Shown: in pieces, positions 14,125-26,405 of the stretch
Position numbering within the stretch: position 1 is the first letter of the stretch
How the letters are laid out: every line of letters begins with the position of its first letter
Assembly: GCF_009834535.1 (NCBI RefSeq)
Contig: NC_045712.1
Span: 31,310,001-31,374,000, forward strand
Source of the DNA: Camelus ferus
Taxonomy: Eukaryota
Direction: 5' to 3'
DNA length: 64,000 nucleotides
Notes under the pieces: generated by a model
What the model saw: only the letters and a program-made list of their open reading frames with translations
The model's database searches: none
What the model was told of the DNA's origin: nothing
Program-made: the position numbers and the translations under genes

Positions 14125-15405
14125 GGGTGGAGGGGAGTGGGGGAGGAGAGGGGAGGAGAAGGGGAGGAGAGGAGAGGGAGGAGGAGGGGAGGGGAGGGGA
14201 GGGGAGAGAAGGGGAGGGGAGGGGGAAGGGAGTGAGGTGGAGGTGGAGGGGAGGAGCAGTGGGAGGGAGGGGGGAGGGGGAAGGGAGGAGGAGTGGGGGG
14301 GAGATAGGGAAGGGAGGAGGAGGGGAGGAGCAGCGGGGGGGGGAGGTAGGGGAGGGGGGAGGTAGGGGAGGGGGAGGTGGAAGAGAGGAGGAGTTGGGGG
14401 GAGATAGGAGGAAGGGAGGGGGGAGGGGAGGAGAGGGGGGGGAGATAGGGGAGGGGGGAGGGGGGGAGGGGGGGAGGTGGAAGAGAGGAGGAGTGGGGGG
14501 AGATAGGGGAAGGGAGGGGGAGGGGAGGAGGAGTGGGGGGGAGATAGGGGAGGGGGGAGGTGGGGGAGGGGGGGGGGGTGGAAGAGAGGAGGAGTGGGGG
14601 GAGATAGGGGAAGGGAGGGGGAGGGGAGAAGGAGGGGGGGGAGATAGGGGAGGGGGGAGGGGGGAGGGGGGAGGTGGAAGAGAGGAGGAGGGGGGGGAGA
14701 TAGGGGAAGGGAGGGGGAGGGGAGAAGGAGGGGGGGGGGAGGTAGGGGAGGGGGGAGGTAGGGGAGGGGAGGTGGAGAGAGAGGAGGGGGGGAGATAGGG
14801 GAAGGGAGGGGGAGGGGAGGAGGAGTGGGGGGGAGATAGGGGGGGAGGGGGGGGGGAGGTGGGGGAGGGAGGAGGTGGAGAGAGGAGGAGAGTGGGGGGG
14901 AGATAGGGGAAGGGAGGGGAGGGGAGGAGGAGTGGGGGGAGGTAGGGGAGGGGGACGGTATGGAGGGGGGAGGTGGATGTGGAAGGAGGAGGAGTGGGGG
15001 GAGATAGGGGAAGGGAGGGGGAGGGAGAATGATGTTGGGGGAGGATAGGGAGGGGGGAGGGGGGGGAGGTAGGGGAGTGGGGATGTGGAAGAGAGGAGAG
15101 AAGTGGGGGGAGATAGGGGAAGGGAGGGGGAGGGAGAGGAGTGGGGGTGAGATAGGGAGGGGGGAGGTGGGGGGGAGGTAGGGGAGGGGAGGTGGGAAGA
15201 GAGGAGGAGTGGGGGAGATAGGGGAAGGAGGGGAGGGAGGAGGAGTGGGGGGAGCTAGGGGAGGGGGGAGGTAGGGGAGGGGGGAGGTGGAAGAGGAGGA
15301 GGAGTGGGGGGAGATGGGGAAGGAAGGGGAGGGGGGGAGGAGGAGTGGGGGGAGATAGGGGGAAGGGAGGGGAGAGGAGGAGGAGTGGGGGAGGTGGGGG
15401 AGGGG
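14125..15405 (+). repeat. G-rich polypurine degenerate minisatellite (about 1.3 kb) in CHCHD6 intron 2
   Basis: Almost only G and A, with about five C. Recurring modules GGGGGGAGATAGGGGAAGGGAGGGGGAGGGGAGGAGGAGT and GGGGGGAGGTGGAAGAGAGGAGGAG. Confidence 0.97.
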
Positions 15406-17274
15406 CGGCCCCTGAGACCTTCCTCCCCTTGGCATCCCCACTGAAGGCCTCTAAACCTGAGTGAGGCCGGGCCTCCCTTAACGACGTCACATCACGTCAC
15501 CTGCTGCACCTCCAGTCTGACTGGGGTTTTTAAGCTGTTACAGGAGGTCTACCTTTTGACAGCCGTGACCTCTGGAATTTCTGAGCAAACCCAATTCCCT
15601 CTGCGCTCTCACCACCGGGCGATGCTGGGGGTCCATTACCCACGCTCCCCCAGGCTTCAACAGCCCCACACCACCCTCTAGCCACAGCTCGGCCAACGTC
15701 CCGCCCCCACCGTGGGCATGGAACCCTGAGCGGCTGCAGGAGAACCAGGCTGTGGGAGAGAAGGCAGGAGGGTGTGTGCTGCTCCTCTCCCAAGACTTCA
15801 CGGCCTGCTGGCTTGAGGCTGCAGCACTAGGCCCCCAGGGAGCAGCACCCAGGGACTCGCCCCTGCACACACCCCTCCCAGAGGATGGGCCGCGTGTGCT
15901 GAGAGGGCACGCCTCGGTCACGGGCTCGGTCACGGGCTCGGTCACCTCCTCCACTGCCGCGCTGGGAACCGTCTGTGCCCATCTTCCCCCAGCCGTCAGG
16001 TCTTCCAGAGCCCCCTCTGCGTGCACACTGCCAACGCGCTGTCAGCCTCGGTTCCCTGCTTCTCACTCACCCTTCACTCATTCTTCCTAAACTGTCTCTA
16101 ATTTTCACAGCCACGTTCCCCACTGTTCTTAAGTTTCTTCGTTTGATGTGGTGCTGGGAGGCTACCTGTTTTCGGACTTTCACGACTTCAGTTCTTGCAC
16201 TTAAATCTTTTACGTTCTCTGACACTGAACTTGGGGTCCAGTGCAACACAAGAATTTAACCTTAACTTCTTTTTCTAATCTTGTTCCATCACTAAAACAA
16301 AAGCACACTGATCCTAAAAGTAAAATATCTCAAGATTAGTCCACTGCAGGACAGTCCCTATACGCTGACAACTTCAGAAACTCAAGACTCACTCACGATC
16401 CAACTGCAAAACACTTTGTTAAACTAAAACCAGTTGATTTTAGATGAACCACTCTTCTTGCTTTTTAAACTGCTGAAACCTACCAAAACTGAAACAAATG
16501 CTTCTTTTATCACCCAAGGCTGAAACTGATGTGTGCGTGATCTACTTTGGCAATGTTTGCTTTTTTCATCACTTTCTGCCTCTCACCTTATTAAACTTCA
16601 GTCAAGTCAGGCCTCCTCATCTCTCCCTCCACGTGCTGAGACACGGTGGGACCGGCCCCTGGAGGCCCAGAGTGTCTTCTGTGGCCTCAGGACTCTGACT
16701 AAGCCCCTTGCAGACAGACACTCAGGAAGCCCTGAGGCTGGTCTGGCCCAGGACCTGCTCTGCTCCAGTGCAGGTGGGAAGCCCTGAAGGAGGCAACCCA
16801 GGGAGAGGGATGACAGAGGCCTGGTCAGCGCCCTGGCCGCACTCTGGCCACCGTGCCGAGGTGACAGGACTCCTGCACCCTGCCCCACCACCTCCCCTCC
16901 CTTGTACTTTATACTCCAGGTCCCCTGGGCCACTGCCTGGGCTGTCACCAGCCTGAACCCCCATCCCCCGTCAGCACAGCCCCATCTTTCAAAATCCAGT
17001 TCCAATGTCAGCTCCGCTTGAAGCCCATCCCTAAAACAATGAGTCACTCTCCTCTGTGCTACCGGGGCCCAGGACAGGCTTCTGATGCCTCGCTGTCACA
17101 CGACCCCTTACCCTGCAGGGCGACACATCTGGCTCCTAACTAGAGCTGTGCACACCTTATGAGCCGGTCCCTGCCACCATGTCCCAGCACGAGGCTCACG
17201 GCCTGACCCCTGATGGCACTCAGCACATGCCGAGTGCGCAGGGAGCGCGCCTGCCCCTCAGGCTGGCTCCTGGC

Positions 17275-17305
17275 CAGCAGGTCAGCAGGTCAGCAGGTCA
17301 GCAGG
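17275..17305 (+). repeat. Tandem 8-mer (CAGCAGGT) x about 4
   Basis: Read directly. Confidence 0.9.
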
Positions 17306-17879
17306 GAGGACGAACCCAATGCGAGGCCGCGCTTGGATGAGTGAACCGCCGTGGGACGGCACGTCTGCCCCGCACGGCACAGCCCTCGGCCCCTTGACAT
17401 ACAGCCTATCAAGTTCCAGTGGCAGAAAGACCCCCGTTCCCGTCAACAAGGACTTATTACCAATCAGCGGCCATGAGGACGTCTCTGCTCCGTAATATCT
17501 GAAATTTCTATACCTTACATTCTCCCTCTTAAATTTTTGCTCCCTTGTGTTTGCTAAAAGTAGTTACTTGGAGAGGAGCCCGGATGTCTCCCCTTGTGAT
17601 GGACACAGCAGTGGGGAACAAGCCAGCTGCAAGCCTGGTGTGGGTAGTGGGGCCCTGGAGCCACGGGGCGAGCCCCCAGGAGCCCAGCCAGGACCAGGTG
17701 ATGGAAGGGACACCATTCCCACTCCCTGCTGTCAAACAAGCCCCTGCCACATTTTCTGTGGGTGGAGAAGCTGGGACAGTGGGGACTCCCAGCCCCAGTC
17801 ATGGGCAGACAGTGCCGGCGTGGGGAGCCCCGCTCTCCAGAAGCACCGATGTCCCTCCCGCATGCTCCCAGCCCCCTAC

Positions 17880-17979
17880 CTGTCTCCGGGCCTCTGGCGG
17901 CGCCAAGTGCAGGAGGTGGCGGCCCTGCTCTGGAAGGCTGACTGGAATCCTTCATGCGGTGAACCACGCTTTCTGACAG
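17880..17979 (-). CDS. CHCHD6: CHCHD6 coding exon 2, 100 nt, LSESVVHRMKDSSQPSRAGPPPPALGAARGPET(D), phase 0 to 1
   Basis: Acceptor cccacag| and donor CAG|GTAGGG. LSESVVHRMKD matches the recalled human LSENVVNRMKE. Frame is continuous with exons 1 and 3. Confidence 0.92.
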
Positions 17980-19289
17980 CTGTGGGAAGGACCGAGGGGG
18001 AAAGTTAACTCATGGAACCCTCTGGAAGGGAAGCCATCCCTTTGCCCGGGCCCAGATTTCTGAGTAGACGACTTCCTCCAGGCCAAGTCCCACAATGTGC
18101 GTAGTTCTCCGGGAAGATCTCCCATGCCACCCAGGGCTTCTAGGTCAGCGCGCCGCTGGCCTGGGTTCCAGCCCCACTGGCTCCCCGGCTCACCTACAGC
18201 TCCCACACATGGTCTGCACTCAGCAGATCCTGGTTCTCCCTTCTCTCCTCTGTCCTGAGTTCACTCTGCCCTGGATGTCCCCACCTGTGCAGACCTGACC
18301 CTTCCCTGTCACGTCCCAGTGTCCCTCCGCCATGGGGTCTTCCCAGCAGCACCCCAGCTGTGCCCTTTCTCCCCTCCTCACGCTCCCATGACAACAGCTG
18401 TGCCCCAGGAGGTGCCGCACATCCCACCTGCCTGGTCCTAATGCTCTGTAAGTACCTCGAGGCCGGACCACCTCTTATGCCTGAGTCCCCGCAGGTCGCA
18501 CTCAGAGCACCTATCACAGCCTGACTCTCTTCACTCCTGTTCCCGATGAAGATCCGATAATCAAACCCCTCCTCCATCTTAGAGGAATGGAAATAGGCCA
18601 GAGGGAGTCATAAAACAGTTTACTGAAATGAAGTGGCAGGCTAGGGATGAGTCCCTAAGAGGTTACGTCAATAAATATTTATTAAGTGCCTGGTACGTGC
18701 AATGCATCACAAAGCACAGCTGAGGGGAGACGCGGAGGGGAGACACGGACTCCGTGCCCAGGCACCCACACGAGAAGGGCACTCCCACGTGTGCAGGCAG
18801 CCCTGGAATCGCGCAGGAAATGGAAACAACAGAAACGCGCAAGGACGGGAGTGGTGGAGAAATGAGGTGGGCCTTCCACGAAACGCCACGGAGCCACGTA
18901 GAGATGACAGGTGAGACACGGTACCTGTCCCAGAAGGATGCCGTGCTGACCTGTGAGAGTCAGACCATGCTCTGTTTATCTTGATTTTGTGAAAAAGATT
19001 ACACACTTACAAGGACGCAGACACGTGACATAAACGTGTCAACACTCACGCGTGTGTGACAAGCGTGCGCCCCCACTCAGCGGGCACACGAACCGCTGCT
19101 GGGCTGCGTCCTGCACGTGGGCAGGGGCGTCGGGGTCAGGACTTTCACTGCCAGCACGGCCATGCTGTAATTTTTTATCATGAACGTCTTCTAGCAATTA
19201 AAGTTTATAATAGTGGTAACGGAGTCCCTCTATTATTTACGACAGATACAGATCAGATGGCTGATTAATGATTACCGGACAAAAGAGGA

Positions 19290-20530
19290 CCAAGAACGTA
19301 CAGCAGTGGGAGAGAACTGAGAACCCAGAAATAAGCCTATGTGTCCGTGGTCGACTGACCACTTGATGGGAAAAGAACAGTCTTTCCAATAGCCGGTGAT
19401 GGGACGGGGGAGTCCTCGTGCAAAAGGACGAGCAGGACCCTACCTCACACTGTCTACAAAACCTTACTCAAAGAGGATCAGAGGGGGGAGGGTGCAGCTC
19501 AGTGGTACAGTGCGTGCTCAGCACACACGAGGTCCTGGGTTCAATCCCTGGTACCTCCATTAAAAAATAAACAAATACACAAACAAATAAAAAGGATCAG
19601 AGGCCTAAAGTTAAGATGGTAAAATAATGAAATTCTTGGAAGAGCACTCAGGGGAAAATCTTTATAAACTTGGCTTTGGCAGTGAATTCGTAAATACAAC
19701 ATTAAAAGCACGAGCAATGAAAAAAAAATAGATTGAACTTTGTCCTAATCTAAGAGTTCTGCGTATCAAAGACACAACCAAGCAAGTGGAAAAGACAACC
19801 CACAGAACAGGAGGACTCCCTGCGAATCGCACACCTGACAATAGAAGTGTACCTGGAATACATAAAGACACACAATGGCCAACGAGCCAGTGGAGAGGTG
19901 CTCAGTACCTGCAGTCCCGGGAAAAACGCAAATTCAAACCACAGGGAGATACCAGACCACCTGTGATCAAGAAGTCGGGTGACAACGTGCTGGTGAGGTG
20001 GTGGCAAGGCAGACGCTTGTCCACCGCAGCCAGCAAATCACTGGTGCAGCCCCTTCGGGAAACAGCCCACAAGCCCTCGTGGGTTTAAACACAGTTACCG
20101 TTTGATCAAGCAGCTCCAGCCAGAGGTACCTACTCAAGGGTGATGGACTCACATTTTCAGCTAACTTGACATGAATGTTCACATCCGCGTGATCCGTAAC
20201 AGCCAGAGGTGGAAGCAACCCAAGTGTCCATCAACTGGGGGGCAGTGCGTCCACACGACCGGATGACGTTAGTGGTAAGAAGGAACGAGGTGCTGACAGG
20301 CTGCCCCGCAGTGAGCCTGGAGCCGCACGGTCAGTGAGCCAGGCACCAAAGGCATGTATCCTATAACCGCTTATTTGGAATGTGCAGAACAGGCAAAATC
20401 TCTAGAGACAAGAAGTAGCCTGGCTGCCTGGGGCCGGGGTCGGGGGAGACAGGGCACTGACTGCTGAACGGTGGTCAGAGGTGGGTTTTCTCCACCTGTT
20501 CAGAGATGTTAAAGTGTGTCTCCAAAATCA
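19290..20530 (+). mobile_element. Degenerate L1 (L1M-type) ORF2 3' part and 3' UTR, interrupted by a SINE
   Basis: L1 motifs such as CCCTACCTCACAC, GAAGCAACCCAAGTGTCCATCAAC and AGAACAGGCAAAATCTCTAGAGACA. No intact ORF. Confidence 0.75.
19483..19592 (+). mobile_element. tRNA-Ala-derived camelid SINE (Vic-1-like) inserted in an L1
   Basis: GGGGGGAGGGTGCAGCTCAGTGGTACAG...GAGGTCCTGGGTTCAATCCC...CTCCA (A/B boxes) with an A-rich tail. Target-site duplication AGGATCAGA at 19474-19482 and 19593-19601. Confidence 0.88.
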
Positions 20531-23500
20531 GTGTCATATGTCAGCGCCCAAAGCTTGGACAGAACAAAACAGGAACCTGCAGGGCCAGGGGCTCGTGGGG
20601 CGGTGCAGGGGCAGGGCCTGGGGGAGACCCCCAGAGGGGGTGATGCTGATGTAAGCCTCTCACTCTTGAATGAGGAGGCCCCAGCCACCGTCACGTCCTA
20701 AGATCCCAGGAAAAGGATCCAGCTCCAAGCAGAGAAGAGGACTCGTGCAAACGCTCTGAGGAGCCCTGAGTCTGGCCGGTCCAAGGGCCAGCCTGAGAGA
20801 AGGATGGACTAGGTGACCAGGCCGGAGAGGCAGGTCGAGGTCAGACCCAAATTTGGCCCGAGGGCGAGGGGTTCTGCACAGGGGAGTCCTGGGCTCTGAC
20901 TTCCTAGCCCAGCCTGGGGGGCATCGGCTGAACCACACCACCTGGTGAGCGAGGGGTTAAGGAAAACACTGGCAAGCGTCTAGCTGGCAGGAGGAGAGCT
21001 GTAATATTTTTTAATGTTGCTACAAAATAAGCAAGGAATATTTTTAATCAACAAATATACATAGGCACACAGCAGTCATGTGAGAATAAACACCATCTGG
21101 GCAGGGCTCCTGCACCAGCAGAACCAGAATGGAGGCCCCCGGAGCCAGCAGGTCTGGCAAGTCAGTGCCAGAGGCCTGTGGTCACTGCACCACCAGAGCT
21201 GACCACATGGAGTCCTGTGTGGTCAGGAGACAGAGGGCCAAACCCAGAGTGGGAAATCCAGGAAACAGGAGTCCACCAACAGCCAGCTGTGGGGCCAGCC
21301 CCCTTCCTCGCCTCCCAGAGCTGCACGGTCCTTGACTAGAAGTAGGGCCCCATGGGCTGGACTGGCTGCCGCAGCCTAGGAACTGGTGTGCAGGTTTGAA
21401 TCCCGACTGAGCCGCTTACTAGCTGTGTGACCTCGGGCCGGGACCTCCTTGCCTGCAAGATGAGACTGAGGGCAGAGATGGTGAGGAGCACACGGGCCGT
21501 GGGCATGGAGCAGTCAGTCCCAGCTACCGTGTGGACGGTGAAGCCCTTGCAAACAGGAGTTACATTCACACCAGGCCCTCGCAGAGTGTGTAAAAACACG
21601 GACCTAGTCAACCAGGGCGGTGAGCCTTGGCTGCTGGGCACCAGAAGTGACCTGTCTGCTCCACGTGCTGCTCTGTGACCTGGAAAGACTCTTCTCAAAG
21701 TTCCCTCCAGTGCGACGTCCAGCCTGTGGCTCCAACCTGGACCCCATTCCCCAGCCTGGAGTGACACGGGGACTCTGAGCAGAGGGACCTCCCGTGTCAC
21801 CACCATGGAGTGCGTGGCTGGTGCCAGCACAAGTCACAGTGACAACACAGAGCCCAGGAAGGGATCCTCTCTCCTCTGCAGCCCAGAGCCCATGGCGCTA
21901 TGGCCGGAGACCAGAAGCCCTGCAGCACAGCCACCAAAATGCAGCCCTCCCCCAGGGCACCCGAGTTTAGGACACGCTCCCAAAGATGGACTGGAGATTT
22001 CCTTATCAGCCGCTCAGGCCTGCAAGTAAGGCCCGTGGCCACCCAGCGAGCAAAAGGCTGGCGAAGGGCTGCTGGCAAAGTCCCAGCGTCCTCACCCGTT
22101 TCTGGGTGCAAGAACGGGGTAAGAGCAGCACCCGACCCAGCCAATGGGGAGACCCCGCCAGCCCCACCTGGGGACCGCGCGCACTGCACGCGCCAGCAGG
22201 ACCGCCTGCTCACCCCTCCCAGTGCAGCGCCCTCTCTCCGGCCACAAAGCCCGACCCCAGAACAACAAAAAGATCTGCACGCGTCGCCTTTTCTGCCGTT
22301 CACAGTAAGACCCAGGCAGGAGGGGGAGGGGAGCAGGTATGCATTCACCAGACAGACAGCCTACTTCAATGAGGAAACATCCATTCGAAAATTAGCACCT
22401 TTCCAGTCTGAGAAGTCACTCACTACACACATCTGAGAAGCAGCCGCGTGGAGGCCATGCCCCAAATATTATTCTCTGTCACCAAACGCACCGATGGCCA
22501 CCAGGTGACTGTCCTCGAGTCCTCACATCCTCTGCGGGACAGGGTGGTGTGGTGCTGAACTGCCTGCTCGAGTCAGCACCCAGCCACCCTGCGGAGCCGC
22601 CGCCTCCTCTCACGCACAGTCATCTGGATGCCTCTCTCCCTCCCCAGCCGCCAGCCCCTGACCGCGCGAGCACCGGGCAGGCTCCAGACGAGTCAGGCCT
22701 GCCAGGGGCTCCTGGTGCCCGGACACCCCCATCCCCGGAGGCGCTGCCCAGTTCTGTGACTCGGAACAGATTCCTCTGCTCTGCCAACGGCTGTTGCCTT
22801 GGAGATTTCATTGGCTAGTCCTCCAGTTTTCTGTGAGCTGAAATTAGATCCACAGATTTAAATCCGAGCATCAGGATGAGAAGAGCTCTGGAGACCCCCA
22901 AAGTGTGGGTGGCAAATGCCATAATCGCGGGGTCTGGTAGGTGACGGAAATGAATAGGCAGGCCTGGCAGGGAAGAATCAGCTCCAGGACGACGTGGTGG
23001 GGACTGGGACAGTGGCTACCTCACACCTCCAGGAGTGTCGCCACACGGAAACGTGGACCAGGCTCTTGACGTTTTTCCCCCAAAAAGCTAAAACTTGAAT
23101 TTATGTAAAGCTTCCCAAGTCTCACATGTTGTTAATTAATACCACAAAATTTCTGGACTGATGGTTTCGTTAAACACGTAGGGAGCCTGTGGCTTAAACC
23201 TCCGTCCAGCGAGCCTCTCGCTGACTTGAGCTGGGGTCTGGGCCAGGTGCTGGGGCCACAGACCAGTAGACTTGGCTCCTGCTCACAGGCCATGTGCAGG
23301 GCAGAGCTCACCCTGCCTGGAGCAGGGCCTGCAGGACCAGGATGGTGACCAGTGCAGGGTGGACGAGACATCACAGGAGGGAACACCTGAACTGGTCCTG
23401 AGGACAGGGAGGAACCAAGCCAGGCAAAGAGGGGACTGAGAGTACTGCAGGTGGGGAACAGACCACAGGCACAGAGGCATGAAACACCGTGCGGCAGGGG

Positions 23501-25806
23501 CAAACGTCCTCCCTGTGGGACGCGCAGTGACAGCAGGGGGTGGCGCCGGCACATGGAGGGCCTCGGGGCCAGGCCCAGGAATCTGCATTTACCCGGGGGC
23601 AGTGGGAAGGATGGGAAGGAAGGGGTCACACAGTTAGCTCTAACTCTGAACGGCTGCTGACACCACTGGCTGGTGGCAGGGCCGCCTCTGAGAGCAGGGC
23701 CGACGGAGGGCGGTGGGTGGGGGAGGGGGACTGGTCCCTGGAAGCCTCCACTTGAACTGTCTGCATTTTATTCACACGGCCTGAACCCTGCTCAGAAGTA
23801 AAATGACCTTTTAAAACACATTCCCCTGTCTAGCGCCAGGAAGCACCGATTTGTGGGAGGCCAGCCTGTGGGGAGAAAGGACAATTTGTATCAGACGGTC
23901 AGGGGAAGGCAGGGTGAGCCTGACTGCAGTACAGAGTCAGGAGGGAACCAAGACGAGGGTGAAACACAAAAAGCTGGAAGAAGAGTCGAGGGATCGAGTT
24001 AGACGCAGAGAAAAAAGGGCATGCGGACTGGCTGGACGGACGTTCACCCAAGGGACAGGGAGGTTTCCAGGGAGACAGCGAGTGGACACCATGATTACAG
24101 GCGCCTGGGAGCCTTGCAGGGGGACACGGCCAGTGGCCTCGGGGACGTTCAGAGTCCAGACGTCACCAGCTCACGGATGAAGATGAAAGAGATGGCCAGG
24201 GCAGCATGAGGCAGGGCAAGAGGGCTGAACCAGGAAACACTGTGAAGAGACGCCGATGGGAGCCTGGAAGCCAGGCCTGCCGGGGGACAGCACGCGGTGA
24301 CCCCCAACGGTGGAGCCTGAGGGGTCCGAGAGCGCCCGGAGTGGGAGCGGACCCAAGATGAACTCCGCGGGGCCGAAGCCAACACCCCTCCTTAGGTTTG
24401 CACTACTTCACGGGTTACCCTTTACACAGAAAGCTCTTCAGCACTGTCCTGTGCACAGTCATGGTCCCACGAAGGAACTGCATCTCCCATGAGGCTACAA
24501 CCCTAAGTGACCTGACGCTCGCACCGTGCAAACGTCACCGCCAGCTACGCTGCACCACGCCCAAGAGAAAATGTGAACGGTGCTCAGAGAAGGCCCTGAA
24601 CATGGCTGGGTCCACTGTCCTCAGAGGCCTGCGCCAAGGACGAGAGCACGAGGGCAAGTCTGCCCGCTGGAGGACGGCCCTCCCCTCAGCAGCTGCGGGC
24701 CTGGAGAGGGGGCCTGAAGTGCTCTGCTTCCCTGCATGCCTGGACACCTCACCCCCGGCAGGCGTGGGGTCTGGGGAGCAGCAGGGAGAACCCACCCAGG
24801 AAAGCGCCCAGCCAGGGACTGGCACCCGGGCAACACTGCTGGACGCCACATCCAGACGCACACGGGTGCGCACGGCACAGCGGGGAGAGCCGGGCCACCT
24901 GTCCCCGGCTTTCGCAGCTGAACTTCCTGTTGTGGCCTATCCGTGGCACTCACCCAATGGTCAGCCGGGAGAGCACTGGGCTGGGGAGGAGTGGAGAGGA
25001 CTCCTGACCAAGCCCTTCGAGGCACTTGTGCTGAACGAGGCCCCATCCTGCTCGTAAGGAGGGAGACGTGCCCCTCTGAGGTCCTCTGGGATGTCCTGTT
25101 CTCCACACGAACTCTCAGCAGTGAACTGAGACAGAGGATGTGCTGTAAGGTGACACAGCAAGGAGCACTGTCGCTGAGACACGGGAGAAGCACGTCCCGG
25201 GCAGCGCGGGGTGGGAAGGAGGTCTGCTGCGCACGTGGGACAAGCCCGCACCAGAGCCTCAGAAGAGCAAGGGGAGCAAGGGCCTCCGGCCCAGCTGAAA
25301 AGCGATCGTCGACTCTTTAATCCAAGCACACAATCCACAAGCACATGCTAATGATCCAGAAGCCAGGAGTTAAGACAGTCTCTGCACTCCGTGAGCCGAC
25401 AGAAAAGCAGGGTATGAGGACAGGGAAGAGAAGACGGAGAAAACACAAAATCGTCACCCTGCAAAGAGCAGCTACGAAAAACCTACACCGAACACACTCA
25501 GTGGTGGAAGACTGAACATTTCCCCCGAAGTTCAGGAGCAAGGCAAGGATGTGCACTCTCACCACTTCTGCTCAGCACTGTGCTGGATGTTCTAGCCAAC
25601 ACAGTAAGGCAGGAAAAAGAGAGAAAGGACATCCAGACTGGAAAGGATGAAGCAAAACTGTCTTCATTTTGCAGACAGCATGATCCTACCTACATAAAAT
25701 CCTACAGAATACACAGAAAAAAACCCCACTAGAACTGATAAATGAGTTCAGCAAGGTTGCAGGACACAAGATCAATATACAGAAATCAACGTATGTCTAC
25801 AGGCTA

Positions 25807-25934
25807 NNNNNNNNNNNNNNNNNNNNNNNNNNNNNNNNNNNNNNNNNNNNNNNNNNNNNNNNNNNNNNNNNNNNNNNNNNNNNNNNNNNNNNNNNNNNNN
25901 NNNNNNNNNNNNNNNNNNNNNNNNNNNNNNNNNN
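25807..25934. other. Assembly gap (128 N)
   Basis: Run of N read directly. Confidence 0.99.
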
Positions 25935-26405
25935 TGAGAAAAACTTAAAAAGATCTAAATAAATGAAAAGAGATTTCATATCCACAGACTGGAAGACTCC
26001 ATATTGTTAAAACGGCAATTCTCCCCAAAGCAATCTTACAGATTCAATACAAACACCATCACAATCCCAACAGGCTTTTCACAGAAGTCAACAAGTTGAT
26101 CCTAAAATGTATATGGAAGGAAAAGGACTTGAAAAACAGAACAAAACTGGAAACTTGTACTTCCCAATTTTGAAACTTGCCACAAAGCTACAATAATCAT
26201 GACACTGCTATAGCAAAAAGACAGACATAAAGCACACAGACCAATGGGATTCTCAACAGAATTGAGAGTCCTGAGATAAACCCGTATGTTTATGGCCAAA
26301 TGATGTTCACAAAGGTCCCAAGGTCATTCAATGGGGAAAAGACACTCTTCAGCAAGTGGAGTTTGGAAAAATTAAATGTTTCATACAAAAAAGACAGATT
26401 TAGAC

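Noticed and set aside
14023-15490. 472-aa and 481-aa proline-rich ORFs (and a 225-aa Gly/Glu/Arg ORF on the plus strand) resembling extensins or formins
   Set aside because: Products of the low-complexity G/A tract, which cannot generate minus-strand stops easily. They lie inside CHCHD6 intron 2 and have no domain content.
15913-15945. Short tandem 12-mer (CTCGGTCACGGG) x about 2.8
   Set aside because: Ordinary small slippage repeat with no spacers, so not CRISPR-like, and no clear function.
16067-16249. Peptide VSENVKD resembling the CHCHD6 exon 2 start (LSENVV in human), suggesting a duplicated exon
   Set aside because: Similarity is limited to four residues and does not extend at nucleotide level; consistent with chance.
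19483-19560. tRNA-Ala-like sequences (also at 39640-39711 and 40678-40740) as tRNA genes
   Set aside because: Broken stems, A-rich tails and target-site duplications identify them as SINEs.
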